Source: Escherichia coli
GTDB taxonomy: Bacteria > Pseudomonadota > Gammaproteobacteria > Enterobacterales > Enterobacteriaceae
Length of the DNA stretch: 64,000 bases
Strand: one strand, 5' to 3'
Assembly: GCF_030013205.1 (NCBI RefSeq)
Contig: NZ_CP122648.1
Shown: one piece after another, positions 1 to 9,580 of the stretch
Layout: each line of letters begins with the position of its first letter
Numbering within the stretch: the first letter of the stretch is position 1
The notes under the pieces: generated by a model
The model's input: only the letters and a program-made list of their open reading frames with translations
What the model was told of the DNA's origin: nothing
Databases searched by the model: none
Position numbers and translations under genes: made by a program

Positions 1-1
1 G

Positions 2-529
2 ATGTTCGGCCCGGACAGCGGTAGCCTGGCAAAGCAAGTTGTGGTCTGGTGTGATGGACGTAAGCCGGAAGCATACCAATGGTTTCTGGAGCAAATTCAG
101 GTCTGGGGCGCTCGGCTGCATCGTATTAGCGCCGTCGAGCACGATCAGAATATGGCGTTTATTCAGGCTCTGCGCCACTTTGCTACTTTTGCTTATGGGC
201 TGCACCTGGCAGAAGAAAATGTTCAGCTTGAGCAACTTCTGGCACTTTCTTCGCCGATTTACCGCCTTGAACTGGCGATGGTTGGGCGACTGTTTGCTCA
301 GGATCCGCAGCTTTATGCCGACATTATTATGTTGTCAGAGCGTAATCTGGCGTTAATCAAACGTTACTATAAGCGTTTCGGCGAGGCGATTGAGTTGCTG
401 GAGCAGGGCGATAAGCAGGCGTTTATTGACAGTTTCCGCAAGGTGGAGCACTGGTTCGGCGATTACGCACAGCGTTTTCAGAGTGAAAGCCGCGTGTTAT
501 TGCGTCAGGCGAATGACAACCGCCACTAA
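2..529 (+). CDS. tyrA: Chorismate mutase/prephenate dehydrogenase TyrA, C-terminal part (5' end lies outside the window)
   Basis: Translation ends ...[31 protein letters not shown], matching the TyrA C-terminus; convergent with pheA as in E. coli. Confidence 0.9.
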   Translation: MFGPDSGSLAKQVVVWCDGRKPEAYQWFLEQIQVWGARLHRISAVEHDQNMAFIQALRHFATFAYGLHLAEENVQLEQLLALSSPIYRLELAMVGRLFAQDPQLYADIIMLSERNLALIKRYYKRFGEAIELLEQGDKQAFIDSFRKVEHWFGDYAQRFQSESRVLLRQANDNRH

Positions 530-571
530 TAATCCAGTGCCGGGTGATTCACATCATCCGGCACCTTTTCA

Positions 572-1732
572 TCAGGTTGGATCAACAGGCACTACGTTCT
601 CACTTGGGTAACAGCCCAATACCTTCATCGAACGGGTGATGTCCCCTAACTCTTTCAATGCTTTTTGCATTTCCGCTGATTCAAGATTGGCCTGAATATC
701 CAGATAAAACATCTCTTCCCATGGATTACCGTGAATCGGGCGTGACTCCAGACGGGTCATAATCAGATTGTGGTTGCGCAGTACCAGCAACGCTTCAACC
801 AGCGCACCAGCTTGTTGCCCGGTCGCCATTAACAACGTCGTTTTCGCTGGAACCTGGTCAGACACGTTAATGGCTTTACGTGCCAACACCACAAATCGGG
901 TGAAGTTTTGTCGCTGATTCGCTTCAATACGCTCCAGTACCTGCAAACCGTACAAAGTGCCGCCAGCTTCGCTTCCCAACGCAGCAACATGCGGTGATTT
1001 TGCCTGTGCAACCTTTTCCATTGCCGCAGACGTACTTTCGGTATATTCAATCTTCCAGTGCGGATAACGATTAAGGAATTTGCTGCATTGCTGGAATGGC
1101 TGCGGATGGCTGTAGACCGTATTGATGGTGGATAAATCAGTAGTGCCGGAGACCAACAAACAATGGTCGATAGTTAACGTCATCTCGCCAACAATCGACA
1201 AACTGGTATGTTGCAGCAGATCGTAAACGTCATTTATGGCACCGGAGCTGGTATTTTCAATCGGTACGACGGCATAGTCGGCCTGGCCGGTTTCCACCTG
1301 ATTAAAAATATCGGCAAATTTGGCGCAGCCACTTTCAATGAATTGCTCAAAGTGACGGGCAGCGTACTGACGAGCGGCAAGATGTGAATAGGAGCCTTTG
1401 GGGCCGAGAAAAGCAATGCGGGCAGAGTGTGGATTAATTTTATTGAGATGTTGCTGGAGCAAAGCCTGCTGAGTTAATACGGAATCTTCAATGATGAGCT
1501 GGAACAGGCGAGTAATGTAATGGGCGTCCAGATGGTGCGCTTTACCGAGCGTAATTAATCTTTCCAGCAAATCGCGTTCACGATCAATATCACGTACCGG
1601 GCGATGCGAGAGCAGTTTGGCTTTTCCCACCTCGACGGCCAGTTCGCGCCGCTCTGCCAGTAATGCTAATAATTTTTCATCCAGCGCGCTGATTTTCTCT
1701 CGCAGCGCCAGTAACGGGTTTTCCGATGTCAT
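572..1732 (-). CDS. pheA: Bifunctional chorismate mutase/prephenate dehydratase
   Basis: 386-aa [25 protein letters not shown]... is full-length PheA. Confidence 0.95.
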   Translation of the reverse strand: MTSENPLLALREKISALDEKLLALLAERRELAVEVGKAKLLSHRPVRDIDRERDLLERLITLGKAHHLDAHYITRLFQLIIEDSVLTQQALLQQHLNKINPHSARIAFLGPKGSYSHLAARQYAARHFEQFIESGCAKFADIFNQVETGQADYAVVPIENTSSGAINDVYDLLQHTSLSIVGEMTLTIDHCLLVSGTTDLSTINTVYSHPQPFQQCSKFLNRYPHWKIEYTESTSAAMEKVAQAKSPHVAALGSEAGGTLYGLQVLERIEANQRQNFTRFVVLARKAINVSDQVPAKTTLLMATGQQAGALVEALLVLRNHNLIMTRLESRPIHGNPWEEMFYLDIQANLESAEMQKALKELGDITRSMKVLGCYPSENVVPVDPT

Positions 1733-1756
1733 AGTGTTGCCTTTTTGTTATCAATA

Positions 1757-1784
1757 AAAAAGGCCCCCCGATTTGGGAGGCCTT
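1757..1784 (-). terminator. pheA attenuator/terminator hairpin between pheL and pheA
   Basis: GC-rich hairpin (aggcctcccaaatcggggggcct on the minus strand) followed by a T-run, directly after the pheL stop. Confidence 0.65.
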
Positions 1785-1830
1785 ATTGTTCGTCTTCGCA
1801 TTCTGTTTCACACGACGAAACGCCTCCCAT

Positions 1831-1878
1831 TCAGGGGAAGGTAAAAAAGAATGCGAAGAAAAACGGTGTGTGTTTCAT
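1831..1878 (-). CDS. pheL: pheA leader peptide
   Basis: Minus-strand mini-ORF MKHTPFFFAFFFTFP (15 aa, Phe-rich) with stop at 1831-1833, just upstream of pheA. Confidence 0.85.
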   Translation of the reverse strand: MKHTPFFFAFFFTFP

Positions 1879-1932
1879 GTTTGTTTCCTTAAGTGACTTT
1901 AGTACAGTACCCGTACTGTTTTCACGCTGTCA

Positions 1933-1959
1933 ACAAAAAACGCGCCCGAAGGTGCGTTG
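1933..1959. repeat. attL copy of 27-bp direct repeat (acaaaaaacgcgcccgaaggTgcgttg)
   Basis: Identical to 36563..36589 apart from one mismatch (T vs C); lies next to the integrase gene and abuts the pheL -35 region. Confidence 0.65.
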
Positions 1960-2045
1960 TAAAACCCACTGAATTCAATGTTTTCCCTTTGTTTTCAGTG
2001 GGTTTTGTTATTGGTGGGGGTTACTGATTACCCTATAAAACCCAC

Positions 2046-3035
2046 TTATGTGGATGAAATGTGGATGCCTCCTTTTAATGGATTAAGTGAAATTGCATCC
2101 TGGAGGAAATCAGGAGCGAGGTGCGCATAGGTCATAGTTTGCTGGATCGTGGCGTGCCCCATAATTCGCTGGAGCGTAAGTATATTTCCTCCATTAATCA
2201 TAAAGTGAGCAGCAAAGGTATGGCGTAGAACATGTACAGCCTGTCCTTTTGGTAGGTCTGGCTTAACACTGCGAAGCACCTTGCGATATTCTTCATAATT
2301 GACGTCAAACAAAAGGCCGGATTTCTTTGTTTTGATCTCACTAACAACTTCATCAGAGACAGGAATAATTCGAACTTTTCCGTTTTTAGTTTTGTTAAAC
2401 GTCACGCGATTATTGATGATGTGTTCCGCGCGCAGATTTTTCGCTTCTCCCCATCTCGCCCCAGTACTGAGACAAAGTAGCGTAATCCGCCGAGCATCAC
2501 CGCTTACTGCATCCAGCAATTTGGCGATTTCTTCCGTAGTGAGGTACGTCATTTCGGGTGATTTTCGTTTCAAAGAGGGGAGGGCGCGGAGTGGATTTTC
2601 TCCGTGAAATTCTCCGGCATTTGCCAGGAGTGTAAACATTCCTCCGAGATCCGACTCATCACGCCGAACAGTAGACTCTTTTACTCCCAAGGATAAACGG
2701 GAGCTTCGATAAGCTGCCATGAAACGAGCATTAATCTGGCTAACCCTTGGATCATTCATTTCTTTGATGATTTTTTTCAATCTGGTTAGAACGCCGTTAG
2801 CATATGGCTTATTGCGTCCACCCAATTCCCACCATAACGGAAGCAGATCTGAGAGATGACGTTGCTCTGTTGGCTTTTCAAGCCATTCCTTATCGTGCAT
2901 GTGGCTGAGAACATAGCGCTCAAAGGCCACTGCATCTGCCTTTTTCTTAAAAATCCGCTGGATCCGACGTCCACTTCGGCCACGCGGTCTAACATCCACT
3001 TTATACCGTCCACCATCGAGTGCTTTAATTGCCAT
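2046..3035 (-). CDS. int: Phage integrase (tyrosine recombinase, P2 Int family)
   Basis: MAIKALDGGRYKVDVRPRGR... and C-terminal ...VLRHTFAAHFMINGGNILTLQRIMGHATIQQTMTYAHLAPDFLQDAISLNPL closely resemble P2 Int; start chosen at the Met with a GGAGGG RBS (the ORF could extend to 3068). Confidence 0.85.
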   Translation of the reverse strand: MAIKALDGGRYKVDVRPRGRSGRRIQRIFKKKADAVAFERYVLSHMHDKEWLEKPTEQRHLSDLLPLWWELGGRNKPYANGVLTRLKKIIKEMNDPRVSQINARFMAAYRSSRLSLGVKESTVRRDESDLGGMFTLLANAGEFHGENPLRALPSLKRKSPEMTYLTTEEIAKLLDAVSGDARRITLLCLSTGARWGEAKNLRAEHIINNRVTFNKTKNGKVRIIPVSDEVVSEIKTKKSGLLFDVNYEEYRKVLRSVKPDLPKGQAVHVLRHTFAAHFMINGGNILTLQRIMGHATIQQTMTYAHLAPDFLQDAISLNPLKGGIHISST

Positions 3036-3101
3036 TGGCAAGCCCTCCGGTGAAACGAGGAAAGACATTTCCAGTTTGTAAAACGTAAGAATAATAAAGG
3101 G

Positions 3102-3404
3102 TTAACCAATTTTCCTTTCGGATGGGGGTAAATCCGTTGGTTCTTGCCCATAGTGTGCGAGAGCCGGAGCTATCTGCCCGGATTCAGGCGCAATTTTTCC
3201 AGTCATAAACCACAACGCATATTTCTCAAATCTGGGGTTGTTTAGTATTTGCTCAATTACTTCAGCATTAGGGATAGTTTTACCGCTTTCATATCTCCAC
3301 AGAGCATCACGGTTTAAACCAAGCATTTTTGCTGTATCCGGGAGGCTAGTAAGTCTCTCGCTTTCACGCATGATTTTTATGCGCTCTCCAATAGTCATAC
3401 GCAT
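3102..3404 (-). CDS. P2 C-type immunity repressor
   Basis: ...YALWFMTGKIAPESGQIAPALAHYGQE matches the recalled P2 C repressor C-terminus; divergent from a cox-like gene; start uncertain (ORF extends to 3419). Confidence 0.7.
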   Translation of the reverse strand: MRMTIGERIKIMRESERLTSLPDTAKMLGLNRDALWRYESGKTIPNAEVIEQILNNPRFEKYALWFMTGKIAPESGQIAPALAHYGQEPTDLPPSERKIG

Positions 3405-3499
3405 GTTGCAATTCTCCAACGTCTGTATTAATGTTTATACAAATGAGTTTGATTTGGGGCATCCGTCGCAAGAAATACCCCAAACAGGGAGATTATCAC

Positions 3500-3826
3500 A
3501 TGAATGAAGAACTATTGAGGGCATTGTTTAAGATCCCGGACCCCATCACCGTCGATGAGTTTTCCCGCCGCACAGGTAAGACCGAATCAGCCGTAAGAAA
3601 GTTGGTAGAGCGTCGACTCATCCCTCTAACTACTGAGCGCGAGGTTTTAGGCGAGGAAGGGAGTTCGCGCCGTCTTCTCATCCTTTGGAATGAGTGGCTC
3701 GAAATGGTCTATGACGCAACGAAACAGCTTCCTCCTGAGCGTAAAGATTGGCGCAATCACTGGCTTAAGAAAGCCAAGAAGCTGGCGGAAGATTTGGGAT
3801 TAGGCTTCCTTAATTTTGCTGCATGA
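3500..3826 (+). CDS. Cox/excisionase-like early regulatory protein (putative)
   Basis: First gene of the rightward early operon, divergent from the repressor; positional call only, with no clear similarity to P2 Cox. Confidence 0.4.
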   Translation: MNEELLRALFKIPDPITVDEFSRRTGKTESAVRKLVERRLIPLTTEREVLGEEGSSRRLLILWNEWLEMVYDATKQLPPERKDWRNHWLKKAKKLAEDLGLGFLNFAA

Positions 3827-3844
3827 GATGCAGGGAGTTTTGAT

Positions 3845-4186
3845 ATGAAACAGCAACGTAATTCACGCTTTCGTAATGGTGCTGAACGCCACGCTAACCG
3901 TTTCGCTACCAGTGCATCACGCAGCAACATCCGCTACAGCCTGAGCGAAACACACGCAACGCCGGATGGCTACCCAGTAAAACAAATCGGCGAGCACGCC
4001 TGGTTGATTGAGAAAGCTGGAATCGTGGTCCACAAATGCCCACACAATCCGTTTACCGGAAACCGCATTTTTGCACTAAGCAGCGGCGACAATCAGTTCG
4101 GACAGGATTTCACATTGTACGAAGCACTTCGTACAGTTGATCGTCTGCTTCGCGGACAAAGTTTTATTAAACAGGCTGATTTATAA
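3845..4186 (+). CDS. Hypothetical early-operon protein
   Basis: 113-aa ORF in the early operon. Confidence 0.4.
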   Translation: MKQQRNSRFRNGAERHANRFATSASRSNIRYSLSETHATPDGYPVKQIGEHAWLIEKAGIVVHKCPHNPFTGNRIFALSSGDNQFGQDFTLYEALRTVDRLLRGQSFIKQADL

Positions 4187-4196
4187 CAGGTGCTTT

Positions 4197-4475
4197 ATGA
4201 CCAAAGAGCATGCACAAGGTGTATTTATCCGTTTTATTGATTTTCGCGGTGAACTGTTATTACGCGCATCGGCTATTGATGCTGTAGTTCCGGCAGAAAA
4301 AGATGTGGCCACTTACCTTTATCTGAACGGCACGCGATTGTTTGTGGAACTTCCGTACCAGACCGTACGCGAAATCATTAACGAAGCTGAAAAGGCACGT
4401 CAGGTTAATGGCGATGAACCATATATCGAAATTATCTGCATGGATTCAGAAACTGAAATTCAGAAAGCAGATTAA
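4197..4475 (+). CDS. Hypothetical early-operon protein
   Basis: ATG at 4197 within ORF 4137..4475; 92 aa. Confidence 0.4.
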   Translation: MTKEHAQGVFIRFIDFRGELLLRASAIDAVVPAEKDVATYLYLNGTRLFVELPYQTVREIINEAEKARQVNGDEPYIEIICMDSETEIQKAD

Positions 4476-4486
4476 AGGGCGTTGCG

Positions 4487-4729
4487 ATGGGCAAAGAATA
4501 TAAAACTCTCATTAACAAAGCACTTGAGCGTTTTTATTTTCGCTTAAGTGCATCAGGCGCTCATGCTGAACGTGCAGCCCGCGACTCATTGACCAGGGCA
4601 ATTCGGAGTCTGTATGACGTGGCTTTTTACGCTGATGATCTGGATGCACTTAACGAACTTTCCGAGCTGATCTGTGCCGCAGAATGCGGGGAACATATTG
4701 AACCGTATAAGCTGGGGAATATTGCATGA
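4487..4729 (+). CDS. Hypothetical early-operon protein
   Basis: 80-aa ORF, tightly spaced in the operon. Confidence 0.4.
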   Translation: MGKEYKTLINKALERFYFRLSASGAHAERAARDSLTRAIRSLYDVAFYADDLDALNELSELICAAECGEHIEPYKLGNIA

Positions 4730-4839
4730 GTATATTTATCTCATGGCTTGTTCTGATTATTTCGGTGGCCTGCGCCATTGGGATTATGCGAATTATTAAT
4801 TCAGTAAAAAAGATTGAACGCTTTTTCACTGGTGAATAA
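4726..4839 (+). CDS. Small hydrophobic protein (37 aa, putative)
   Basis: ATGA start/stop overlap with the upstream gene; MSIFISWLVLIISVACAIGIMRIINSVKKIERFFTGE looks like a single transmembrane helix; below the ORF-track cutoff. Confidence 0.3.
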   Translation: MSIFISWLVLIISVACAIGIMRIINSVKKIERFFTGE

Positions 4840-4925
4840 CAGCGCAAATAAAACCACAGGTTAAATAAGAAAATGTAAAAACAATCCGCATTCGCGGAGG
4901 TATTCGCACACGCCAAGGAGGCGCA

Positions 4926-5129
4926 ATGGCAATTAAGCATTTTCCCGTCGTTCGTTTCACTTCCAGAGGACGTGAATACGAGGTCGACGAACGCCTGATT
5001 ACCACAATCGACAAACACCGTTCAGAACAGGATGCACATCACATCTATCTCACTGACGGCACTTACTTCTGCGCCACGAATGTGGTGCGGGTGAACCTTA
5101 TCCGACAGGTACAGGAGTCACGCAGATGA
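4926..5129 (+). CDS. Hypothetical early-operon protein
   Basis: 67-aa ORF. Confidence 0.35.
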   Translation: MAIKHFPVVRFTSRGREYEVDERLITTIDKHRSEQDAHHIYLTDGTYFCATNVVRVNLIRQVQESRR

Positions 5130-5371
5130 CCATTCTGGACTACATCGCCGCCAATCCGGGTTGTAGCGGTGGAGAAATCGCCGCAGCACTGAATACCCCA
5201 ACCACAGCCATTAATGCGGAGTTACGCCGACTCTGGCGCAGCGGTTCAGTCATAAGAAAAGAGCGCAAAACAGGCGGTCGCTTTTCTTACCAGATAAACC
5301 CGATGCCGTTCGGGTGCGGCAATCCACTTACCAACATGTTTAACCAGCTACTGAAGGAAGCCAGAGCATGA
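5126..5371 (+). CDS. Small putative DNA-binding (winged-helix-like) protein
   Basis: 81-aa ORF overlapping the stop of the previous gene; basic, HTH-like segment. Confidence 0.4.
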   Translation: MTILDYIAANPGCSGGEIAAALNTPTTAINAELRRLWRSGSVIRKERKTGGRFSYQINPMPFGCGNPLTNMFNQLLKEARA

Positions 5372-5667
5372 GCGCCATCAACCACCAGGAATTACGCGAA
5401 CTGGCGACTGACCTGCAACGAATGGCAACGCCTCAAAAATTACTGGCGTTTCGCGCAATGCTCTCGCCGTCTGCTGTGCTGGCGCTGCTGGATGAGCTGG
5501 AGCACGCCAGAACCACACCTCTCGCCATTCGCCTGACGCTCCATCATGAAATCGCTGATTTCTGCGCGACATTGGAGGCGCCAGGCGAACCGGAAACGCC
5601 GGAAGCAATACAGCAAGAGCTGCTGCAACGCATTGACAAGGTTTTTGATTTTTTTCTGAACCACTAA
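5368..5667 (+). CDS. Hypothetical early-operon protein
   Basis: 99-aa ORF with overlapping stop/start. Confidence 0.4.
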   Translation: MSAINHQELRELATDLQRMATPQKLLAFRAMLSPSAVLALLDELEHARTTPLAIRLTLHHEIADFCATLEAPGEPETPEAIQQELLQRIDKVFDFFLNH

Positions 5668-5790
5668 GAAACCAGAACATGCACACACAAAAAAACCGCT
5701 TGCCATGCCGTAATCAGTCAGGTTACATTTCCGCTGCACCTCATAAAACGGGTGCCGGGATTCTCAACCCGATACAGAGCAAAGCGCATA

Positions 5791-5810
5791 ACCGCGCCAG
5801 CGGTTTTTTT
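5791..5810 (+). terminator. Putative intrinsic terminator inside the noncoding gap
   Basis: accgc-gcca-gcggt hairpin followed by a run of seven T. Confidence 0.35.
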
Positions 5811-5989
5811 GTGCGTACTGTATTGCCACGTCTTTTTCGCGTCAGAATTATGGCGGGGCGTACGGGGCCGACTTCGGTCGGGCCGGATTCTTTGCTCTCC
5901 GGTGTTGAGAACCCTGTACGTCTCGCCACCCCGAGATTCTCAACTCTGGATGGTGAGTTATTTCTATCACCGAGCAAAGAGGCCACACC

Positions 5990-6220
5990 ATGGCAAACCG
6001 CAAACAGCACCGCGCATACGCTGCGCGTCGTCACATCCAGACTGAAATCAACCGCAGACTTTCCCGCGCATTCCGCGTCGCTAAAATCATGCACATCAAT
6101 ATGCTGCATGAGCGTAGCTGCGAACTTTCAAACCTCTATTCATCCGCTGTTTTCAGCTATCTGGCGGATGATCTGCGCGAGCTTCAGCAGCTCTTCCAGC
6201 AGCAAAACAAACCCCATTAA
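5990..6220 (+). CDS. Hypothetical protein
   Basis: 76-aa ORF preceded by an AAGAGG RBS. Confidence 0.4.
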   Translation: MANRKQHRAYAARRHIQTEINRRLSRAFRVAKIMHINMLHERSCELSNLYSSAVFSYLADDLRELQQLFQQQNKPH

Positions 6221-6292
6221 TTCCTGTTCCGGGCCTTTCCTGCACCTTGCGGCGGGAGGCCTTCGCACATCTGTAGTAAAGAGAATTGCAGC

Positions 6293-6682
6293 ATGATTGA
6301 CGCTCATGACTTCACAAGATGGGTGCGCACACAGGACACCCGTCTGGCTCCCGTTCTTCAGGGATTATTTGATCTCTACATCCGTGGTCGTGACAACAGA
6401 GCACGCACCACAAAACCGGAGAATGCAGACACCCTTTATTTCACAGTAGACGACTGCTACCGCGTGGACTTCACACCACACGGGCTGGCGTTGCACTGCC
6501 TGACACCACACGGCGAATCACTACTGGCGTATTACGACTCCCCGGCCTCCGTATTTGCGGCAATGCTGGCGCATCGCACTGCTGGCGGGTGTGCCTCGCT
6601 GAGTGAATACACCGCTGAATTTGACCGCCTTTCCGCCATCTTCTCGCAGGAGTGGCAGCGCGTGACGGGATACCAGCCATGA
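6293..6682 (+). CDS. Hypothetical protein immediately upstream of gpA
   Basis: 129-aa ORF overlapping the gpA start. Confidence 0.4.
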   Translation: MIDAHDFTRWVRTQDTRLAPVLQGLFDLYIRGRDNRARTTKPENADTLYFTVDDCYRVDFTPHGLALHCLTPHGESLLAYYDSPASVFAAMLAHRTAGGCASLSEYTAEFDRLSAIFSQEWQRVTGYQP

Positions 6683-9504
6683 GTGAGTTTGCATGGAGCT
6701 GGAATGAACCACGACCAGCCATTGATCCGGCCAGATTTACGGAGCGCAGGCAGGAAACTGAAACCGACTTGCAACGCGCCATCCGTTACTACCTTGAGGC
6801 GGACAAAAAGGCCCGGGAAGAACAGGAAGCGAAGGAGGAAGCCTTTTTCGCACAATCCGCCATGGGTAAAAAACTCATGGCATCCCTTGAGGAAGCCGGA
6901 CAGCGTGAAAAGCTGGCACAGAGCATCATCAGTAAGCGCCGGGCAACAGAACAAGACCCAGTAGCCCGTGCCTTTGCCACACTAAAGGCACTACCTGTTT
7001 ATCTGCGTGAACCACTGAGCCGCCACCTCTCTTTCCTGCGCAAAAAACAGGAAGCCGATCGCCAGAAAGGCAAAAAGAGCTGGCAGGCGGAACGCTATGC
7101 ACGCGGAACCCTGCGCAAAATATTCGAACGTCTAGATCGCACTGACGGACGCTGGCTGACACCGGGTTATCGCTCCCTTGCCGGGCGCGAACGCCTGGAC
7201 GATTTGCTTTACCTGCCGCAGCTCAACAAGCACCAGATACAGACGCTGGCCACCATGACCGCGGCGATGTTCAGCAGCACCTTCGAAACACTCTGCGATG
7301 GCTTTGGTGCCAGAGATGGCGAGCTGACCATGGATGTAATGTTGAAGGCTTACCGGATGCTGGCTCGTATCGCATTACGCCTGCACATCATGCCGCCACA
7401 TTACGAAGCCCTGAACAAGAGCGAACCGGATACGGAACTGCTGCCGGGCGCAATCCTTCGCCTGACCTGTGCGGACTGGTGGAAACGCAAACTGTGGCTG
7501 TTACGTTGCGAGTGGAGAGAAGAACAACTCCGCGCCGCCTGTCTGGTTTCCAGAAAAACATCACCCTATCTGAGCCAGGACGCGTTAAGCGAGTTTCGCG
7601 CACAGCGCGAGAAAACACGCGATTTCCTGAAAAGTTTCATGCTGGAAAATGAAGACGGGTTCACGATTGATCTCGAGACGGTGTATTACGCGGGAGTAAG
7701 TAACCCGGTTCACCGTAAGGCAGAAATGATGGCCACCATGAAGGGACTGGAACTTCTGGCCGAAGCCCGTGGCGACAGAGCGGTGTTTCTGACTGTCACC
7801 TGCCCGTCAAAATACCACGCAACAACGGAGAACGGTCATCCGAATCCCAAATGGAACGGGGCCACCATGCGCGACTCCAGCGATTACCTGGTTAACACGT
7901 TTTTTGCGGCGGTCCGCAAGAAACTGAACCGCGACGGCCTGCGCTGGTATGGCATCCGCACGGTGGAGCCTCACCATGACGGCACCGTGCACTGGCATAT
8001 GATGGTCTTTGCCCATCCGGAAGAAATCGACACCATTGTGTCCCACACCCGCGATATTGCCATTCAGGAAGATCGTCACGAGCTGGGCGATGATATTACT
8101 CCGCGCTTTAAGGCGGAGTATGTAGACGGCTCAAAAGGCACGCCAACCAGCTACATCGCCACCTACATCGGAAAGAACCTGGACAGCCGCGCCGTGGATG
8201 GCATCGACCCGAAAACAGGCAAACCACGCGTTGACCACGAAACCGGAAAATCAATGGCCGAGAGCGTGGAGCGCGCCATCGGCTGGGCGCGCCTTCACCG
8301 GGTCCGCCAGTTCCAGTTCTTTGGCATCCCATCCCGTCAGGTGTGGCGTGAACTGCGCCGCCTTGCCAGCCAGATGGCACGCAACCCGGAAGGCCCGCAA
8401 CGGCTGAAGGATGACGCAATGGACGCGGTTCTTGCTGCCGCTGATGCCGGATGTTTTGCCACCTACATTGAGAAACAGGGCGGCGTACTTGTTCCACGCA
8501 AAGACTACCTGATTCGCACCGCCTACGACCTCGCAGATGAGCTGAACGATTACGGCGAACAGAGCGTACAGATTTACGGGATCTGGTCACCACTCATCGG
8601 GGAATCCTCCCGTGTGTGCACGCACCCGGATAACTGGAAGCTGGTAAGACGTAAACCGGAAGCGGAAGACAGCACCCGCGAAAATGGTTTTGACCTTCAG
8701 GGCGGCCCTGCCGCCCCTTGGACTCGTGGCAATAACTGTCCCCGTGTACAGGAAGCAGGCAACAGCGGGACAGAACTGTCGGAAGAGCAACCAACACCGT
8801 GGCCGCAGATCCCTGACGGCGTTGATGTGGATGAATGGATGCGCTCACTGAAACGGCACGAACGCCGGGCGCTGATGCGTTCGCTGCGTGACAAACAGGC
8901 AAAAAACAGCAGTGATGAAATGCAGAGCTGGACACAGAGCCGCAAACAGCAGCGGCCTTTGCCTGATAACCACGAATTACTCGCTAAAGAATGGCGGGAG
9001 TCTGCCGAATCTCTCGGCCTGCATATCGGTGAACAGCAGATGCAGCACCTGTTACGGGGCGGCAGCCTGTACGTTGACGGCAGCATCATTGCACCGCAGG
9101 GATTTGAAATTGTACGCAAACCGGATACCCGCCCGGACAGCCGAATCACGCAGCTCTGGCAGCGCCTGAGCCGTAATCATGGCGTAAGCAGCACGGAGAT
9201 CCGCCATAACCCGGTCGCCAGCTATCTGACACAGCTGGGGGCATCAGACCCTGAAGCCGCCGCACGCCTGGCATCCACACTTCAGCAGGACCAGAACACC
9301 ATGAAAACCCCCGTTACCGTGCTTTCTGACATGCTGCGCGCCATCCGTGACGCAGAGCACGCACAGAGAATCAGTGAAACAACTGAACGCGCCCGCCGCA
9401 AAGCAGACCTGCTGCGGGGTGGCCTGATCAGTGGAAACAAAAAACAGACAGAAACGGGATTCACAAATCCCGTAAATGAGCAAAAAACGTGCCGCGATGT
9501 ATGA
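6679..9504 (+). CDS. Replication initiation protein gpA (rolling-circle HUH endonuclease, P2 A family)
   Basis: 941-aa ORF starting MSEFAWSWNEP...; contains ...DGTVHWHMMVFAHPEE (HUH-type motif); position after the early operon as in P2. Confidence 0.8.
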   Translation: MSEFAWSWNEPRPAIDPARFTERRQETETDLQRAIRYYLEADKKAREEQEAKEEAFFAQSAMGKKLMASLEEAGQREKLAQSIISKRRATEQDPVARAFATLKALPVYLREPLSRHLSFLRKKQEADRQKGKKSWQAERYARGTLRKIFERLDRTDGRWLTPGYRSLAGRERLDDLLYLPQLNKHQIQTLATMTAAMFSSTFETLCDGFGARDGELTMDVMLKAYRMLARIALRLHIMPPHYEALNKSEPDTELLPGAILRLTCADWWKRKLWLLRCEWREEQLRAACLVSRKTSPYLSQDALSEFRAQREKTRDFLKSFMLENEDGFTIDLETVYYAGVSNPVHRKAEMMATMKGLELLAEARGDRAVFLTVTCPSKYHATTENGHPNPKWNGATMRDSSDYLVNTFFAAVRKKLNRDGLRWYGIRTVEPHHDGTVHWHMMVFAHPEEIDTIVSHTRDIAIQEDRHELGDDITPRFKAEYVDGSKGTPTSYIATYIGKNLDSRAVDGIDPKTGKPRVDHETGKSMAESVERAIGWARLHRVRQFQFFGIPSRQVWRELRRLASQMARNPEGPQRLKDDAMDAVLAAADAGCFATYIEKQGGVLVPRKDYLIRTAYDLADELNDYGEQSVQIYGIWSPLIGESSRVCTHPDNWKLVRRKPEAEDSTRENGFDLQGGPAAPWTRGNNCPRVQEAGNSGTELSEEQPTPWPQIPDGVDVDEWMRSLKRHERRALMRSLRDKQAKNSSDEMQSWTQSRKQQRPLPDNHELLAKEWRESAESLGLHIGEQQMQHLLRGGSLYVDGSIIAPQGFEIVRKPDTRPDSRITQLWQRLSRNHGVSSTEIRHNPVASYLTQLGASDPEAAARLASTLQQDQNTMKTPVTVLSDMLRAIRDAEHAQRISETTERARRKADLLRGGLISGNKKQTETGFTNPVNEQKTCRDV

Positions 9505-9552
9505 AGCGCGCACAAAACAGGCAAAAGCGGGATTCCAGAATCCCGTAAACGG
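9452..9552. repeat. Two ~25-bp palindromic repeats (cgggattcNNNNaatcccgtaaa) 73 bp apart, spanning the gpA 3' end and the parM upstream region
   Basis: aaacgggattcacaaatcccgtaaa at 9452-9476 and aaagcgggattccagaatcccgtaaacgg at 9524-9552. Confidence 0.5.
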
Positions 9553-9580
9553 TTAATTAATCAACATAAGGAAAATCGAC

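Noticed and set aside
5690-5990. Retron (msr/msd) hypothesis for the repeat-containing gap
   Set aside because: No reverse transcriptase gene follows, and the repeats do not form the flanking a1/a2 inverted-repeat arrangement of retrons.
5679-6296. 205-aa plus-strand ORF spanning the noncoding gap
   Set aside because: Low-complexity Ser/Thr/Arg-rich translation with no RBS; it overlaps the better-supported 5990..6220 ORF in another frame and contains a terminator hairpin inside it.
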